Part shown: positions 23,788 through 36,013 of the stretch, in pieces | How positions within the stretch are numbered: the stretch's first letter is position 1 | How the letters are laid out: each line of letters opens with the position of its first letter | Origin: Oopsacas minuta | Lineage: Eukaryota; Animalia; Porifera | Direction of reading: 5' to 3' | Length of the DNA stretch: 64,000 bases | NCBI GenBank assembly: GCA_024704765.1 | Contig: JAKMXF010000023.1 | Location: 1-64,000, forward strand | Made by a program: the position numbers and the translations under genes | The notes under the pieces: model-generated | Database searches by the model: none | What the model saw: the letters and a program-made list of their open reading frames with translations, nothing else | Told to the model about the DNA's origin: nothing

Positions 23788-25124
23788 CTGGGTGTTAAGA
23801 AATTGATGTCCCATTTTATACCATGCATATTTCAATAATGCGAACTAGAGAGGTGTGCTATTTACTTTCCTATGTAATCTCCATTTAATTTTAAACATTT
23901 ATTAATGCGAGAGGGCATCCCTGCTATGAGTTTCTCTAGTGTCTCCGGTGAGATTTCCTTCCAGGCCAAAATCAGCTGCTTTTCTAACATTTTTAGGTTG
24001 GTTGCTCGCTCCATTGAATCCAGTTTGGTTTGCAAAATAGCCCAGAGGTTCTCAATAGGATTTAAGTCTGGTGAGTTTGGAGGCCATATGTCCTTGGTCC
24101 AAAACCCTGGCATATTGTTTTTTAGCCATTCCTGGCTTCTTTTGGAGGTATGTGCTGGGGCCCCATCTTGTTGAAAAATTGCTTTGGACCTTTCTAGCAA
24201 CAATTTTCTCTCCAGAATAGTCCCTGAATCTCTCGTTCGAAGCATGCTGGGTATTAGAGACTGTTTCAATATAACTTCCACATAATATTCTGATGTCACA
24301 GTTTGTCCTTTGGGGATAATGTGGAGATGTGAGAGGGCTCGGTATGACATCACACCCCAGACCATGATTTTTCCAGGAAATTTGACCTTTTCGGTAGGAG
24401 GAACATTGGAACTAGATTTCGCCCAAACTCGGTCGTTTTGCTTATTTGGAGTGTGGAATACCTCAAAGGAGGACTCGTCCGAGAATAAAACCCTTCGCCA
24501 GCTATCAATTGACCAATTCTTCCTTTCATTACAGAATTTTATCCGAGCTGTCCTCTGTTTTTCCGTCAATTTGGGTTGAACCTGGGGTTTGTATGGTCGA
24601 ACTTTCAGATTTTTGCGTAAATACGAGTGTACTGTCACGTGGGAGATAGAAAACCCTTTAGATTTGAGATTCTGGGAGATAACTCGTGTGGATTTCATTT
24701 TTTTACCGATTGTCTTGGCAATGACCACTTTCGGTACCATCGTGACGGACGTTTTCCTTCCACGGCCCCTCCTGTTCTGTAGAGGTTCACCAGACTTGGA
24801 CCTCAGCAACCAGCGCCGAATGGTACGGACAGATACTCCTACAACCTTGGCCACTTTATTAATAAAAATCCCAGCTTCTATCATGCAAACTGCACGTGTA
24901 CGGACAGCTAGAGTAGCTTCTTTGACCATGATTATTTCTTGTATATGAAAAGTAAGAAAAATTGAACAAGAGAGTATTTTTAGTGTCTATAATTTTCGGA
25001 ATTTACAGGAATTCTATTATTTCAAATACGTAGAATAAGAATTGGAAGCTAAAACACGATTCAAATAGTTAATTTATGGCTCTATTTAATTTCAAAAAGG
25101 TGACATCAATTTCTTAACACCCTG
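23788..25124 (-). mobile_element. Full-length Tc1/mariner transposon (1337 bp) with intact DD37E transposase
   Basis: TA|ctgggtgttaagaaattgatgtc ... gacatcaatttcttaacaccctg|TA; 23-bp TIRs with one mismatch. Confidence 0.95.
23862..24929 (-). CDS. Tc1/mariner transposase, 355 aa, DD37E
   Basis: HTH domain with GRGRK; catalytic FSDES, QQDGAPAH and PNSPDLNPIENLW, with 37 residues between the second D and the E. Confidence 0.95.
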   Translation of the reverse strand: MVKEATLAVRTRAVCMIEAGIFINKVAKVVGVSVRTIRRWLLRSKSGEPLQNRRGRGRKTSVTMVPKVVIAKTIGKKMKSTRVISQNLKSKGFSISHVTVHSYLRKNLKVRPYKPQVQPKLTEKQRTARIKFCNERKNWSIDSWRRVLFSDESSFEVFHTPNKQNDRVWAKSSSNVPPTEKVKFPGKIMVWGVMSYRALSHLHIIPKGQTVTSEYYVEVILKQSLIPSMLRTRDSGTILERKLLLERSKAIFQQDGAPAHTSKRSQEWLKNNMPGFWTKDIWPPNSPDLNPIENLWAILQTKLDSMERATNLKMLEKQLILAWKEISPETLEKLIAGMPSRINKCLKLNGDYIGK

Positions 25125-25234
25125 TATTGGGAGCTGGGCTCGTACAGGATCTTTAGAGGTTGTCATATTTTAAAGGTGCTGCTTTTAGTTTACCTGTACT
25201 TGGTTATTTATGAAATTCGAAACATGGGATATAG

Positions 25235-26080
25235 CAGTGGTTTTCAACCTTTTTTCAATCCTGGAACCTCTTAACATATTGCGGCAACCTGCGGAACCTT
25301 ACCCTCTCTATCTTCTTTCACTCATACATTTTCCATAAAGAAACCATTATAACAAATCATGTATTAATGCTATTACTTAATTAATTCTAATACTCTTTCC
25401 CATGTGAAACTTGGGCCTGGTGATATTTGCATATCTTTTATTCTTGCCTGATTGTCGATAAACACTCTCTTCCTCAACAGACATAAGTCGTTCTCTTTTG
25501 TATTTTTATTGTTGTCATAGCAGAGAATCTTAGTTCACAAATATGTGTTGTCGAAAATAGTAGCATTTATTACTATGTTAGGGTATTCATTTTCAATGGT
25601 GATCCAAAATGAATGGAGAAATACACCTGAATGTTTTAACTTCAATATCCTATCATGAAAAATTTCCGTTAATTCTTCTTCTTCTCTAAGGTAGAACTGT
25701 CCTACGCTTTGTTTTACAAGTGACATCAACCCTATAATGATCCGGTCATAGAGGGTGCACCATCGGTGCAAACCCCTACACATGTATCCCATGACAAATT
25801 CCAAGATTCCAGATAAGAAGTTAAAGTTTCGACGATGTCTTGTCCTTTTGTTGTTTTTGGCAGTTCTTTACACCAACAAAATTGTTCAATTATTGCCCCA
25901 TCGTCTATGAAACGAATGAAAGCTAGAAGCTATCCTTTCCCACTGATATCTGTAGATTCATCCGCTTGAATTGCGAACTCACAACAATTCAATTTATCGA
26001 TGACATTTGCATCAATATGATTTGACATGTCGCTAATTTTCCTACTGATAATATTATCAGAAAGTTTTTGCAATTCTCAA
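25235..26080 (-). mobile_element. Degenerate hAT Buster-family (ZBED5/SCAND3-like) transposon with 3' TIR
   Basis: LSDNIISRKISDMS..FAIQADESTDISG..GVCTDGAPSMTG and the C-terminal HQAQVSH, with stops and frameshifts. A terminal CAGTGGTTTTCAACC lies at 25235. Confidence 0.88.
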
Positions 26081-26760
26081 TTATATAATAGAATTGAGAT
26101 TTTGATAGATTTAGCCTGAACAATGTCAAGTTGTCAACCATCGTTTGCATATGCAAATATTCGCTGCATAGCTAGGGTTAGTATTGTACATTTTGTGATC
26201 TTGGAAAATCTTTCCCGGTTAGTGTATAAGCATAAAGTATAGAAACCCTACTATGAACTCTTACAAATATCCGTTCTACAGCTAGGCAGGGTATATACAT
26301 GTTATGCAAGATGATTTGGTTATAACATTATAGTATCAAAACTGGGTAATTACTCACTATTGTATATGGCTAACAGCGCCCCCATACCACTGCTGGTTAT
26401 GTTTTGTATTTGAATAACAACCCGCGTTTTGACAGATCCTGGATCCGCCCCTGAAAGTATAGTCGGCACAGCAAAAATGTTGTTTTGTATCTAATTTGGA
26501 ACTCATCTCTTAATTTTGTAAGATTCAGGATAAAACTTTTTGTCCCAAATTCTGTAAAAAATTAGCATGTACATACTTGTATTTGGGGATTTCAAATAGA
26601 ATTGTTAATTATATTAACACTTAGAAGGAATATTCACAAATGGTCGATTCAGATCTTGAAATTTTTACTTATAAAAGTATAGATATAAAAATAATATAAA
26701 TGTAGAGATATAGAAATGAATTAGAAATTTAGAATAGATTCGAATTTTCAGAGATACTTT

Positions 26761-29700
26761 TCAGGTGAATTTAGTTTGTATCTGACAGATCTGAGTATTC
26801 AGATTCAATATAGAATCTCTCAAACAAGGAATTTGAGAATCTACCAATTCTGTCATTTGTGAGTTTGTTGGAGATATTTGAACTGTTATTATGAAAGATA
26901 GAGTGTCAAGATGGTAGTATTGTCTGTTCAGCATGTCCTGGTGAGTAATATACTTTGGCTGTCCTAACCCGTTATTCCTAGTGTATTTAGGTCTTTGAAA
27001 GAGTTCAGAATTAATTTCCATTTTCTCCTTACTCACTTCAATACGCTTGACATAGTTTGAATTCTTGAATAGATTATTCTTCAAACTGAAAGTAGCTTTG
27101 TACATTAATGGCCATTTAATCCTATCATCCCATTCCCCCTGCATTACGTGTATATACACTCCTATATACTTTATACTAGTACTCACTGTATACCAGTTTA
27201 TACGAGCCTGTAGTTTGTAAAGACCTACGTAGAATGGATCGCTATAACTCTCCTCTCTTGAAATCATCCTCTTTTTCACTCCATTTACTCTCCAGTATAA
27301 ATTCTTAATAGATGGAGTCTTCAAGAAAGAGAGAGCTGTTGTTAAATCTTGTTTCATCTTCAAATTCTCTCTTTCTAGATTATCAATTTTATCAGTTTGT
27401 ATTTCCTGTATCTTTTCCATTTCTTCTATTCTAACTCTGAAATATTCTTGAGTTAACCTAGAATGAATGTGAGAATATTCCCTCTCGTGGTGTTCCATTT
27501 CTCTCCTCTCTAACCTAACCTCACATCCATACCGCATGTATATACATACTACTTCCTGTAGCATACATTCAGTAGCAAGATGCTTTGATATATCCCGTCT
27601 TATAATATATCCATCTGGTTGTGTGTCACAAGCATTAGGACACTCTACATGACAGTCATCGCACTCCTCAATGTGCATATCCATATCTATAGCTCTGATC
27701 TCTATGTAACAATACTTACATGTTACTAGTCTGATAGGACATGTATGTAGCAGATGATCTTGTAGATATCTCCTCTCTACTCTGTAACCTCCTGTGTGTG
27801 TTCCCTCGCTATTATCTATATCATCACAGTTGTTAGGACATGGTATATGGAGTAGAGGACATTCTATTATGTGTTCTACCAGCTGCAGGAGTATGCCTGT
27901 CCAGGTACAGGCATCTACTGGACATATGACCTATACAATAAGAGGGTAATAAGTAGTGCAACTGGGATCATTTCAACCAAATTAATAAACACTGATTAGA
28001 CTTTGGAATCAAGAGGTTAAATTCATTTGAAATTGTTGCCAAAAAGTGTAAAGTATGATTAACATACTTCGCTTCCAATCGTGGGATTTCGCTGGTAGAT
28101 CGTCCATATTTATAAACCTGACCACATAGCTTTTAAAATAATACAGCAGATGTGTAGTCGTGTTAAAAAGCTAATGCAAATGATGGCATATAGTTATAAA
28201 CCTGACAGCAGTGGATTATACAGGAATTTTTGAGCCTGTACTTTTTTCTTACGGGTACCCACGATAATATATTAACCTCTACTACGAATTTGAGTCTCAC
28301 TATCAGAATTTCGTGACCTTCGTGGCTGCTTAACTTGCACTTTTAGGTGCCCGCCAAACATCTAGAGATAATAAACCCTTGCCTGAAGGGTAACGGAAGT
28401 TTCCTCGCTGGAAATTTAGTATTCGAGTATCCTTTTTAGAGAGCAGATATGCATATAATTAATGTAGTATAGTTTGGTATGGAATCTGTAGAGAATTAAA
28501 ACTCAAAATGATAAGCACTGCCACTTAGGGCTTATATCCCGGTTCACATAATCTGGAACAAGCAATTGTATACGCTCATCTCGTTCTTCTGACTTTTTAT
28601 TGCATGCTATCATACTACAGTGCAACCTCTATAAGTGGGGTCTCGATAAATGAGGAACCTCTATAAGCGGGGAGTGGGGTATGGGGGATACTATAGAGAT
28701 AATTATGCTTCACAATTGAAATTACTTCTAAAAATTGGGAAATCTACGGGAATTTTTCTAATTTAGTGCTGAATTTGGAAAGAACACTTATTTCTAGTTA
28801 TAGCTATGATGAATTCAAATATTTGGGTTTTTGTGAAGAAAATTTCTTACAAATGTGTATATTCAACCAACAACCTTAGGGCACATTACAATAATCAAAT
28901 ATCATTGAAATATCAGTAGTTAGAGGGAGTGGTATACATATTAAACTCAAAGTCTCTGGTTAAGGATATTTACGTATAAATGGGGAATAGGCTCTCGTGT
29001 CAAGAATGTAAATAGCTATGTGTTTAACAAGGAAGTAAATAGAATTCAATGAAAGTAGACTAATTATAACGAACATGCTGAATCCGATTTTCACACTTTT
29101 GCATTAATCATATGTAAATTTATTGTTGTTTATGATTATAAAGTAAACAAATAGTTGAAATCTTAAAATATACGTAGAGACTTGCTCTAAACGGCTACAA
29201 AGGGTGTTGATCTTACAAAATACTTCAATAATATATATGCCATATAAGTACATTAGTGAATTACATTGTTCTAAATATATCTATATTATAATACTCAAAG
29301 GGGCCATCAATTTGGAGAATAATGGATATCTCGAGGCGTAATGCGCCGAGTTCATCGCGAAGCGACGAGCCAAAGGCTCGTCTATATTATTAAATCTCAA
29401 TGATTGTCTATTTATCCGTTGTCAAGGAAGGGATTGACGGTATGCAATGTTGAAATTGTCACATAACTATGTATTTATCGTGTTTATTAAGGAAGTAAAT
29501 AGAATTCAATGAAACTTCACTAAATATATGGAACATGCTCAATCCGATTTTCACACTTTTGGCTTATTGTTGTTTTTATGAATATAAAGTAAACAAATTA
29601 GCCAATTTATGGTTTACCACTTTTTTGTGTAAGTAATATTATACATAATTGGAATCATGACTAAGATATAAGTGGGCGAAACTTCCAGGACAATTTCCGG

Positions 29701-30055
29701 GAAATTTCCAGGACAACTGCCTGACTGGTGAGTATAGTAGCTTTAAGAGTACCTGTTTCTCACTCACAACTTCTCGTGTGTGTAGAGGTATCTGTAGCTG
29801 TACTGGCTGTATTGTATTTTGAGGAAGACACACATAACATCTTAACTGCTGTCTACCCTCTATCTCCAATAAACTAGCTTCTCTGAGAATTCCTCTGCAT
29901 ACACTACACAGGAGTAATTTCTCTTCAGAAGCTGTCAGATCAGTGTCACACAACTCTACTCTCCAGCCTCTATATCTACCATCTAGCTTAACGAGCAAGA
30001 GACAAGCTGATATTCCGGACAAAGGCTCAGTAACAGAGATGTCCTGCGGTTCCAT
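26761..30055 (-). CDS. TRAF-like protein (degenerate RING, TRAF zinc fingers, coiled coil, MATH); exons 30055-29753 and 27930-26761, about 490 aa
   Basis: A phase-0 GT-AG intron (29752-27931) joins SEKQ to VICPVDACTWTG. CPNNC/CKYC/CIYMRYGC zinc fingers are followed by a MATH domain (YSDPFYVGLYK..GVYIHVMQGEWDDRIKWP..NNGLG). Confidence 0.88.
28990..29600 (+). mobile_element. Helitron-like non-autonomous family B, head-to-tail tandem units inside the TRAF intron
   Basis: The block aaggaagtaaatagaattcaatgaaa..aacatgctgaatccgattttcacac..aaagtaaacaaat is repeated. Hairpin GACGAGCC-AAA-GGCTCGTC overlaps the next unit's TCTATATTATTAAATCTCAA start at 29381. Confidence 0.65.
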
Positions 30056-31677
30056 TATAGTGTAAATGCAAAACTAAATAGGTTGTACAAACAAAAGGTT
30101 ACTGGCGGTACCCAGCAACGGGCATGGGTTCAAGTCTGAAATGTCAACTCAAATATTTTACATGCAATGTATTATTACAAAATTTTCCAGCTGACTGACT
30201 GGTAGTACAGCTCGGGGTTATTTGTTTGTGTTCTTTTCATGGGGACGTGCGTCTCCCCTGGCCACCGTATAGATACCGCACTGCACCAGACTCATACTTT
30301 TGTGCAATTACAGTTGTAATCAATACATTTCAAATACAATTAGTTTTCAATACACACACAAATTATTGGCGCAATGAGAAGAACTTATACGAGAAAGTAT
30401 AATATGATTAAGGGTATCTTCTAGAAGAGCAACTGAAGAAACACTGAATTTTCTTGAATTGGAAACAGAATTATACTTAAGGTGCACGCGAGCTGATGGG
30501 ACAGTGATTATGTGAGTATATTTTGACGATAAATACGCTGGGGACTTACGTCCTATTCCGTAGAAATATACACTGAAGAGAATTATAGCAAAACTGAGTT
30601 CTAATTTCTCTATATTTCATTAGTAATTCTACTAATGTCCCAGCACTAGTGCAGTTAATTAGTGCAGCCAATTAGCATGGAAATCTCGCATCTCATCTAT
30701 TTCTACAAAAGGGTTCATGCATATCGAATTGTCCAAGAATAAAAGTCTACATTTTTAGCTAGGTTTGGTCATGGTTGCGCTCAAGTATGCTCAAAATGGT
30801 CACAGAAGATTAAATTGGCCAGAAATGAATTTAAAATTTGGCCATAGGACACTCAGGTGGAGAGACCCTGATTAATATAAAATATCGAGAAACTTCTGAC
30901 TTGGCGAATCTATATGTTCAACGGTTTGTACCTCCAAAACGTGTGCAAAGATGTTCACTCTCAATGCAAATTCTCTGACGGATTTCCACGGCTCTAAATC
31001 TAAAATCTCACTCTTTGATGGCATGTTGAGCCTCCAGGTTTGCATCTATGTGTTAGACATTAAGTAGAATTGAAGACAACATTGTTATAGGAAATCTTGC
31101 TGAATATAATTAATGAAATTTGAAAGTTCTGGATAAATTATGCCTTGTTTAGGGAACAAGCAGGGACTTGTCCTTCTGGGCTGCTGAATTGGCACTCTTA
31201 AGTGTCTGCCTATCACCTAAATACAGCCAGAAATAGCTATTCAACATTTGAACGGAATTGTTATGTTGTCTCTTAAAGAAATGCAAAAAATACAATTCTT
31301 AAAGTAAGATTTTGGTAATCAGTATGTTGTGATTAATGAATTAAATATATGATTACACTAGTATAGTGAGATAATCCTTCATCAGGTTCATTAGTAACCG
31401 AACAAGTTGATTATTACCCAGTTACCTGGATATTGTTTGAAATGTGAGTAATTGTGATTGTTACAACAAAACCTGTAAAATTTGCCAATTATATTTCTGG
31501 ATAGAGGACTTGAATTCCCTGCAAAATGGATAATTCCATGATCCATTGGAACTTTCTAGAGAGGTCCAACCAAGGGCATAGACAGAGTGGAGCCAACTAA
31601 TATTTACTAAAGTCAGGTTCATTTATGGTATTCAAGCGACCAACAATTACATTATTAAATAATATACTATATTTCTA

Positions 31678-32030
31678 TCTATAGTATTAAATCTCAATTT
31701 GGGTTTGTGTGTATGTCACACTCCCATATACAAAAGAAATCGTTTTAGTTCATAAAGTACAAAACCAAATAAAACACAACAAAATAACAACAAAACAACA
31801 TTGTACTGGGGTAATCGAGTATTCTGATTCCGAATATTATGTTGTAAACAACATTTTGTGAATATTTGTTTACTTTGAGTTCACATAGTAAACAAATTGC
31901 TGAAATATTCATTAATATTCAATTTTGCAATTCTATACTTTGCTAAATTCGAGGCACGAAGTGCCGAGTCTCTTGCGAACTCGCAAGCCGGACAGCAGAA
32001 GCAAGCGAAACGGCTCGTGATTTATTATTT
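31678..32030 (+). mobile_element. Helitron-like non-autonomous family B-related copy
   Basis: A|TCTATAGTATTAAATCTCAATTTG start and GGGGTAATCGAGTATTCTGATTCCGAATA motif; similar to 62169-62477. Confidence 0.6.
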
Positions 32031-32675
32031 ACGGTTTACTTAGACGTCAGCTAGCCGAAAATATCGGCTAAACTCTCACAGTATGTACGTATGTATATAG
32101 TATATTTCTCCTTTATCAGTTAACATATATATTATCTACATTATTATAGGAAATAAACGTGGTGTTCTTCAAATCGCGTTAATTTCCTATAATAATGTGA
32201 TAGTTATTCATAAGATTGTATTCTAATTACAATATAAGTCACAAAATAAACCACCAGTTAAAACTCATTTGCCCATTCATTTAATTCCATTTTTACTATT
32301 GCATGTGATTCCCACGGTCCTTTATGTATATCATGCGGTAATACGACAGATCTGATTCGCCTTAAATTACACTGATATACAGCATTTTTGATGATCTTCT
32401 TTCTCTATTATTTTTGTATACTGTAGATATTTATTGGGAATAATTATGTATTTTTTTTCATTTTCAAGGGTACTAAAAGTAAGAAATTTCTATTTTAGTT
32501 ATTTCGGTCTTTTAATTGACTACATGGTCAAATATTTCTAAATTCAATTCTATACATCACCTTTATCCAATTTATTTGGTTTTAATTGCTTATATGATGT
32601 AAATTGCCTCTAATAGTAGTTATAATCTGTTTTATTGCACTCGACATTTAGTTTATCTTGTTCATTTTATTGTTT

Positions 32676-33220
32676 ATGGCTTTCCGGTTTGTAAAATTCT
32701 CCTGAAAAGTTTTGTCGTATTTGTGGGAGGTATACTACAACTGACCAACGGCAAATATCACAAAGGCTATAGAACGCTGTTATTTCGCATATTTTGGATG
32801 CCATCTTGGGGATTAAGATAAGCCGTGGGCTCCACACAATGCCTGTAAGACATGCGTTGAGAACTTACGCTTGTGGTATGCTGGGAAGAGAAAGAAAATG
32901 CCGTTTGCGGTTCCAATGATATGGAGAGAACCATTGTGTCATCTTTCGGATTGTTATTTCTGTATGACGAAAATCGATGGTATCACAAAAAAGAATAAAT
33001 CCAGTATTGCGTACCCAGACGTACCGTCCGCCATTAGGCCAGTTCCACATTCAGAGGACCTATCTGTACCAGTTCCATTGGAAATATTGGACATTAGCAG
33101 TGATAATGATAGTAGTGGAGATTCTGATGAGTACATACTCCCACCAGATGATAATTCTCCTCAGCTTTTTGATCAAGATAATCTTGACGACCTAATAAGA
33201 GTTCTCAATTTTACCAAATC
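32676..33220 (+). mobile_element. 5' remnant of a DNA transposase, probably Chapaev3 (CMC superfamily)
   Basis: SPEKFCRICG..CHLGD*DKPWAPHNACKTC..MPFAVPMIWREP..DCYFC..SAIRPVPH..LDDLIRVLN. Has frameshifts and a TAA; truncated by the microsatellite. The family name comes from recalled Chapa-domain motifs. Confidence 0.7.
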
Positions 33221-33224
33221 GTCT

Positions 33225-33802
<578 letters not shown>

Positions 33803-34179
33803 CGTCGCTAAGGAAGCTGAAATGGAATGTGGAATTCGTATTTGCAAAAATGTTTGTATCTATTATATCTATGGTGTTAATCAGGAAAATATACAAATTT
33901 CATAAAACTTGAATAAAGGTTAGCGAATATAGTGAATCCGAATCACACTTATGGATTTGTCAGATACAAATTTAAGTTGTTTTATATGAATATAAAGTAA
34001 ACAAAAAGTAAACAAATTTCAAAATTATCCTAGAAATGTGGTTTCAACGGTTATTGTGGGGTAATCGGGTACGCTGTTTCCGAATACCACACAAACTAAT
34101 AGTCAAAGCGAGGGCCAAAGGCCGAGTACGGACACGAAGTGTTAGAATCCGCGTAACGCAAGCAAGCGTAGCGCGCTAG
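33803..34179 (+). mobile_element. 3' part of a Helitron-like non-autonomous element following the microsatellite
   Basis: Shares aaagtaaacaaa and GGGGTAATCGGGTACGCTG..CCGAATA with family B; ends in a GC-rich tract ...GCGTAGCGCGCTAG|T. Confidence 0.55.
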
Positions 34180-36013
34180 TGATAGTTAATATTAGTATGA
34201 TTTATTAGGTAATAAACATGCATGTATGTTTAATTTCATATATTTATCGCATATTGGTGCAATCTTCCAACCATAAAATTACAAATTCTAGGCCTGTTGT
34301 GAATACATACTTAACTCATTCATAAACATTCCCTTCAAATTGTTCGATTCCAACTATTTTTATTTAATCATCAAAAACTTTTTACAATTTTGTATATTAG
34401 TGTTATCAATTGTTCTGCGAACGCCAAATATTGTTGTTATTTTGATCAAATCTGACAGAGTCCTCAACTGAGTGAGATTGTAACCTTTAGTCTCCTCAGC
34501 AAAAACGTTATCTGCAATTTCACTATCCTCGATCTTCACTACTGGTAAATTGAGGAAACTTAGATACATAAGTTTCATTATCATCATATTGATAATTCTC
34601 GAATGATACAATCACGGTATTTTATGAACCTTATACAGCAGCAGAGCTAAGAATCAATCCATAAACTGCTTGATGGTAAGATGGCTATTCAGTAACACAA
34701 AATGATTTACCCAGAACAATTAGATAATGAAGGCATAATTTCCAAATCTTGTCAGTCAAATAATATTACAAATAACATGTTGGTATTACCTAATCTTACT
34801 CTTCAGTAATAAATTTTTGCATTTCTGAGCTATATTATCATCGGATGATATTTTTGTGGAATTGTATGAATTCTAAAGATCTTGATATATTATTTCGATT
34901 GATTAAACCTTCTCAGAATTTCTACGATGGACATTTCAATTTCCTAATCCTTATCGCCAAAGTTCTTATAATCAGAACCCACTATACTACTATACTACTA
35001 TACTCTTAATCATTCACAGATTAGTAATCTTAATCATCTTATTAATCTCACTATACACAAACTAGCTATTACGTAATTCTTACTGAAACAGCTTAGCTAT
35101 ATTCTAGGGAAATTTCAAATTATCACGAAATCTCTCAAATTTAGAATGTTTATTGGTTAGATTTAGAAAAGTGTTTTCGCTCTGCTGTTCACACCTTTAG
35201 AGATTAGGTGTGAACAGCAGAGCGACGGAAACGGTCCTTCCTCCGACACGAAGCATTTGTTAGTAGCGAGTTTTCCAATTAATAAGAAATATACATTAAC
35301 CATTGAATGAATTAGATACTGTGATCTAGCTAGGTAGATCCGTAGAATTCTTTCAATCACAGATACAACTCAATATGCCAAATGTCCTGATGTTATCAAT
35401 TTGACCAATACAAACTCATTATGAAATATTACGTCATCGATAAAATCTAAAATTTCCAATATTTTTAGATATTCATAATGCTCGTTATACAGAGTGCATA
35501 ATTTCTAATCAATACTACCAGAAAATGTGACAATTTTAAACGTATAAAAGGGGATAATACGCGTACGCGTATCTCGATTTGGTTGCGAAATAGGTTAAAA
35601 TGAAGTGCGAAAATTTGGTCTTCCTTCTTGTTACGAAGGTAACACAATTAGTTAACTGAATCATTTAATCATTGAATATGGATTAGATAGGGGAAATTTG
35701 GGTTATTAGAGTCAAGTATCCACAAGCAAAGTAAGTCATAGTCATAACCAAGTTCATCTGTAGAGAATGAGGCCAAGTATATACATGACACCCAGCTGGA
35801 TGATTATCCTCGCCCACCAGCATTTCCGCTATCCGCTATCCACCCCTGATTATTAAACACACATACCAATTACTTACCCAGTACCCAGTAGTCTAGCACA
35901 TTTACTTTTTGCTTAATAGTAAATACAATAATTCTACGATCTACAAACTAATAACTACTCTAATATCTACAGATTCTACACTAACGTAGCTATCTCCTAT
36001 AAACTAGTAAATA

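Noticed and set aside
23905-24948. Plus-strand ORFs overlapping the transposase
   Set aside because: Antisense shadows of the DD37E transposase. The same applies to antisense ORFs over MATE, the septin-like GTPase, the GIMAP-like genes and UBR5.
30330-31080. Protein-like minus-strand frames (..LFLDNSICMNPFVEIDEMRDFHANWLH*..)
   Set aside because: Multiple stops in all frames and no recognisable family; cannot be supported as a gene or pseudogene without a search.
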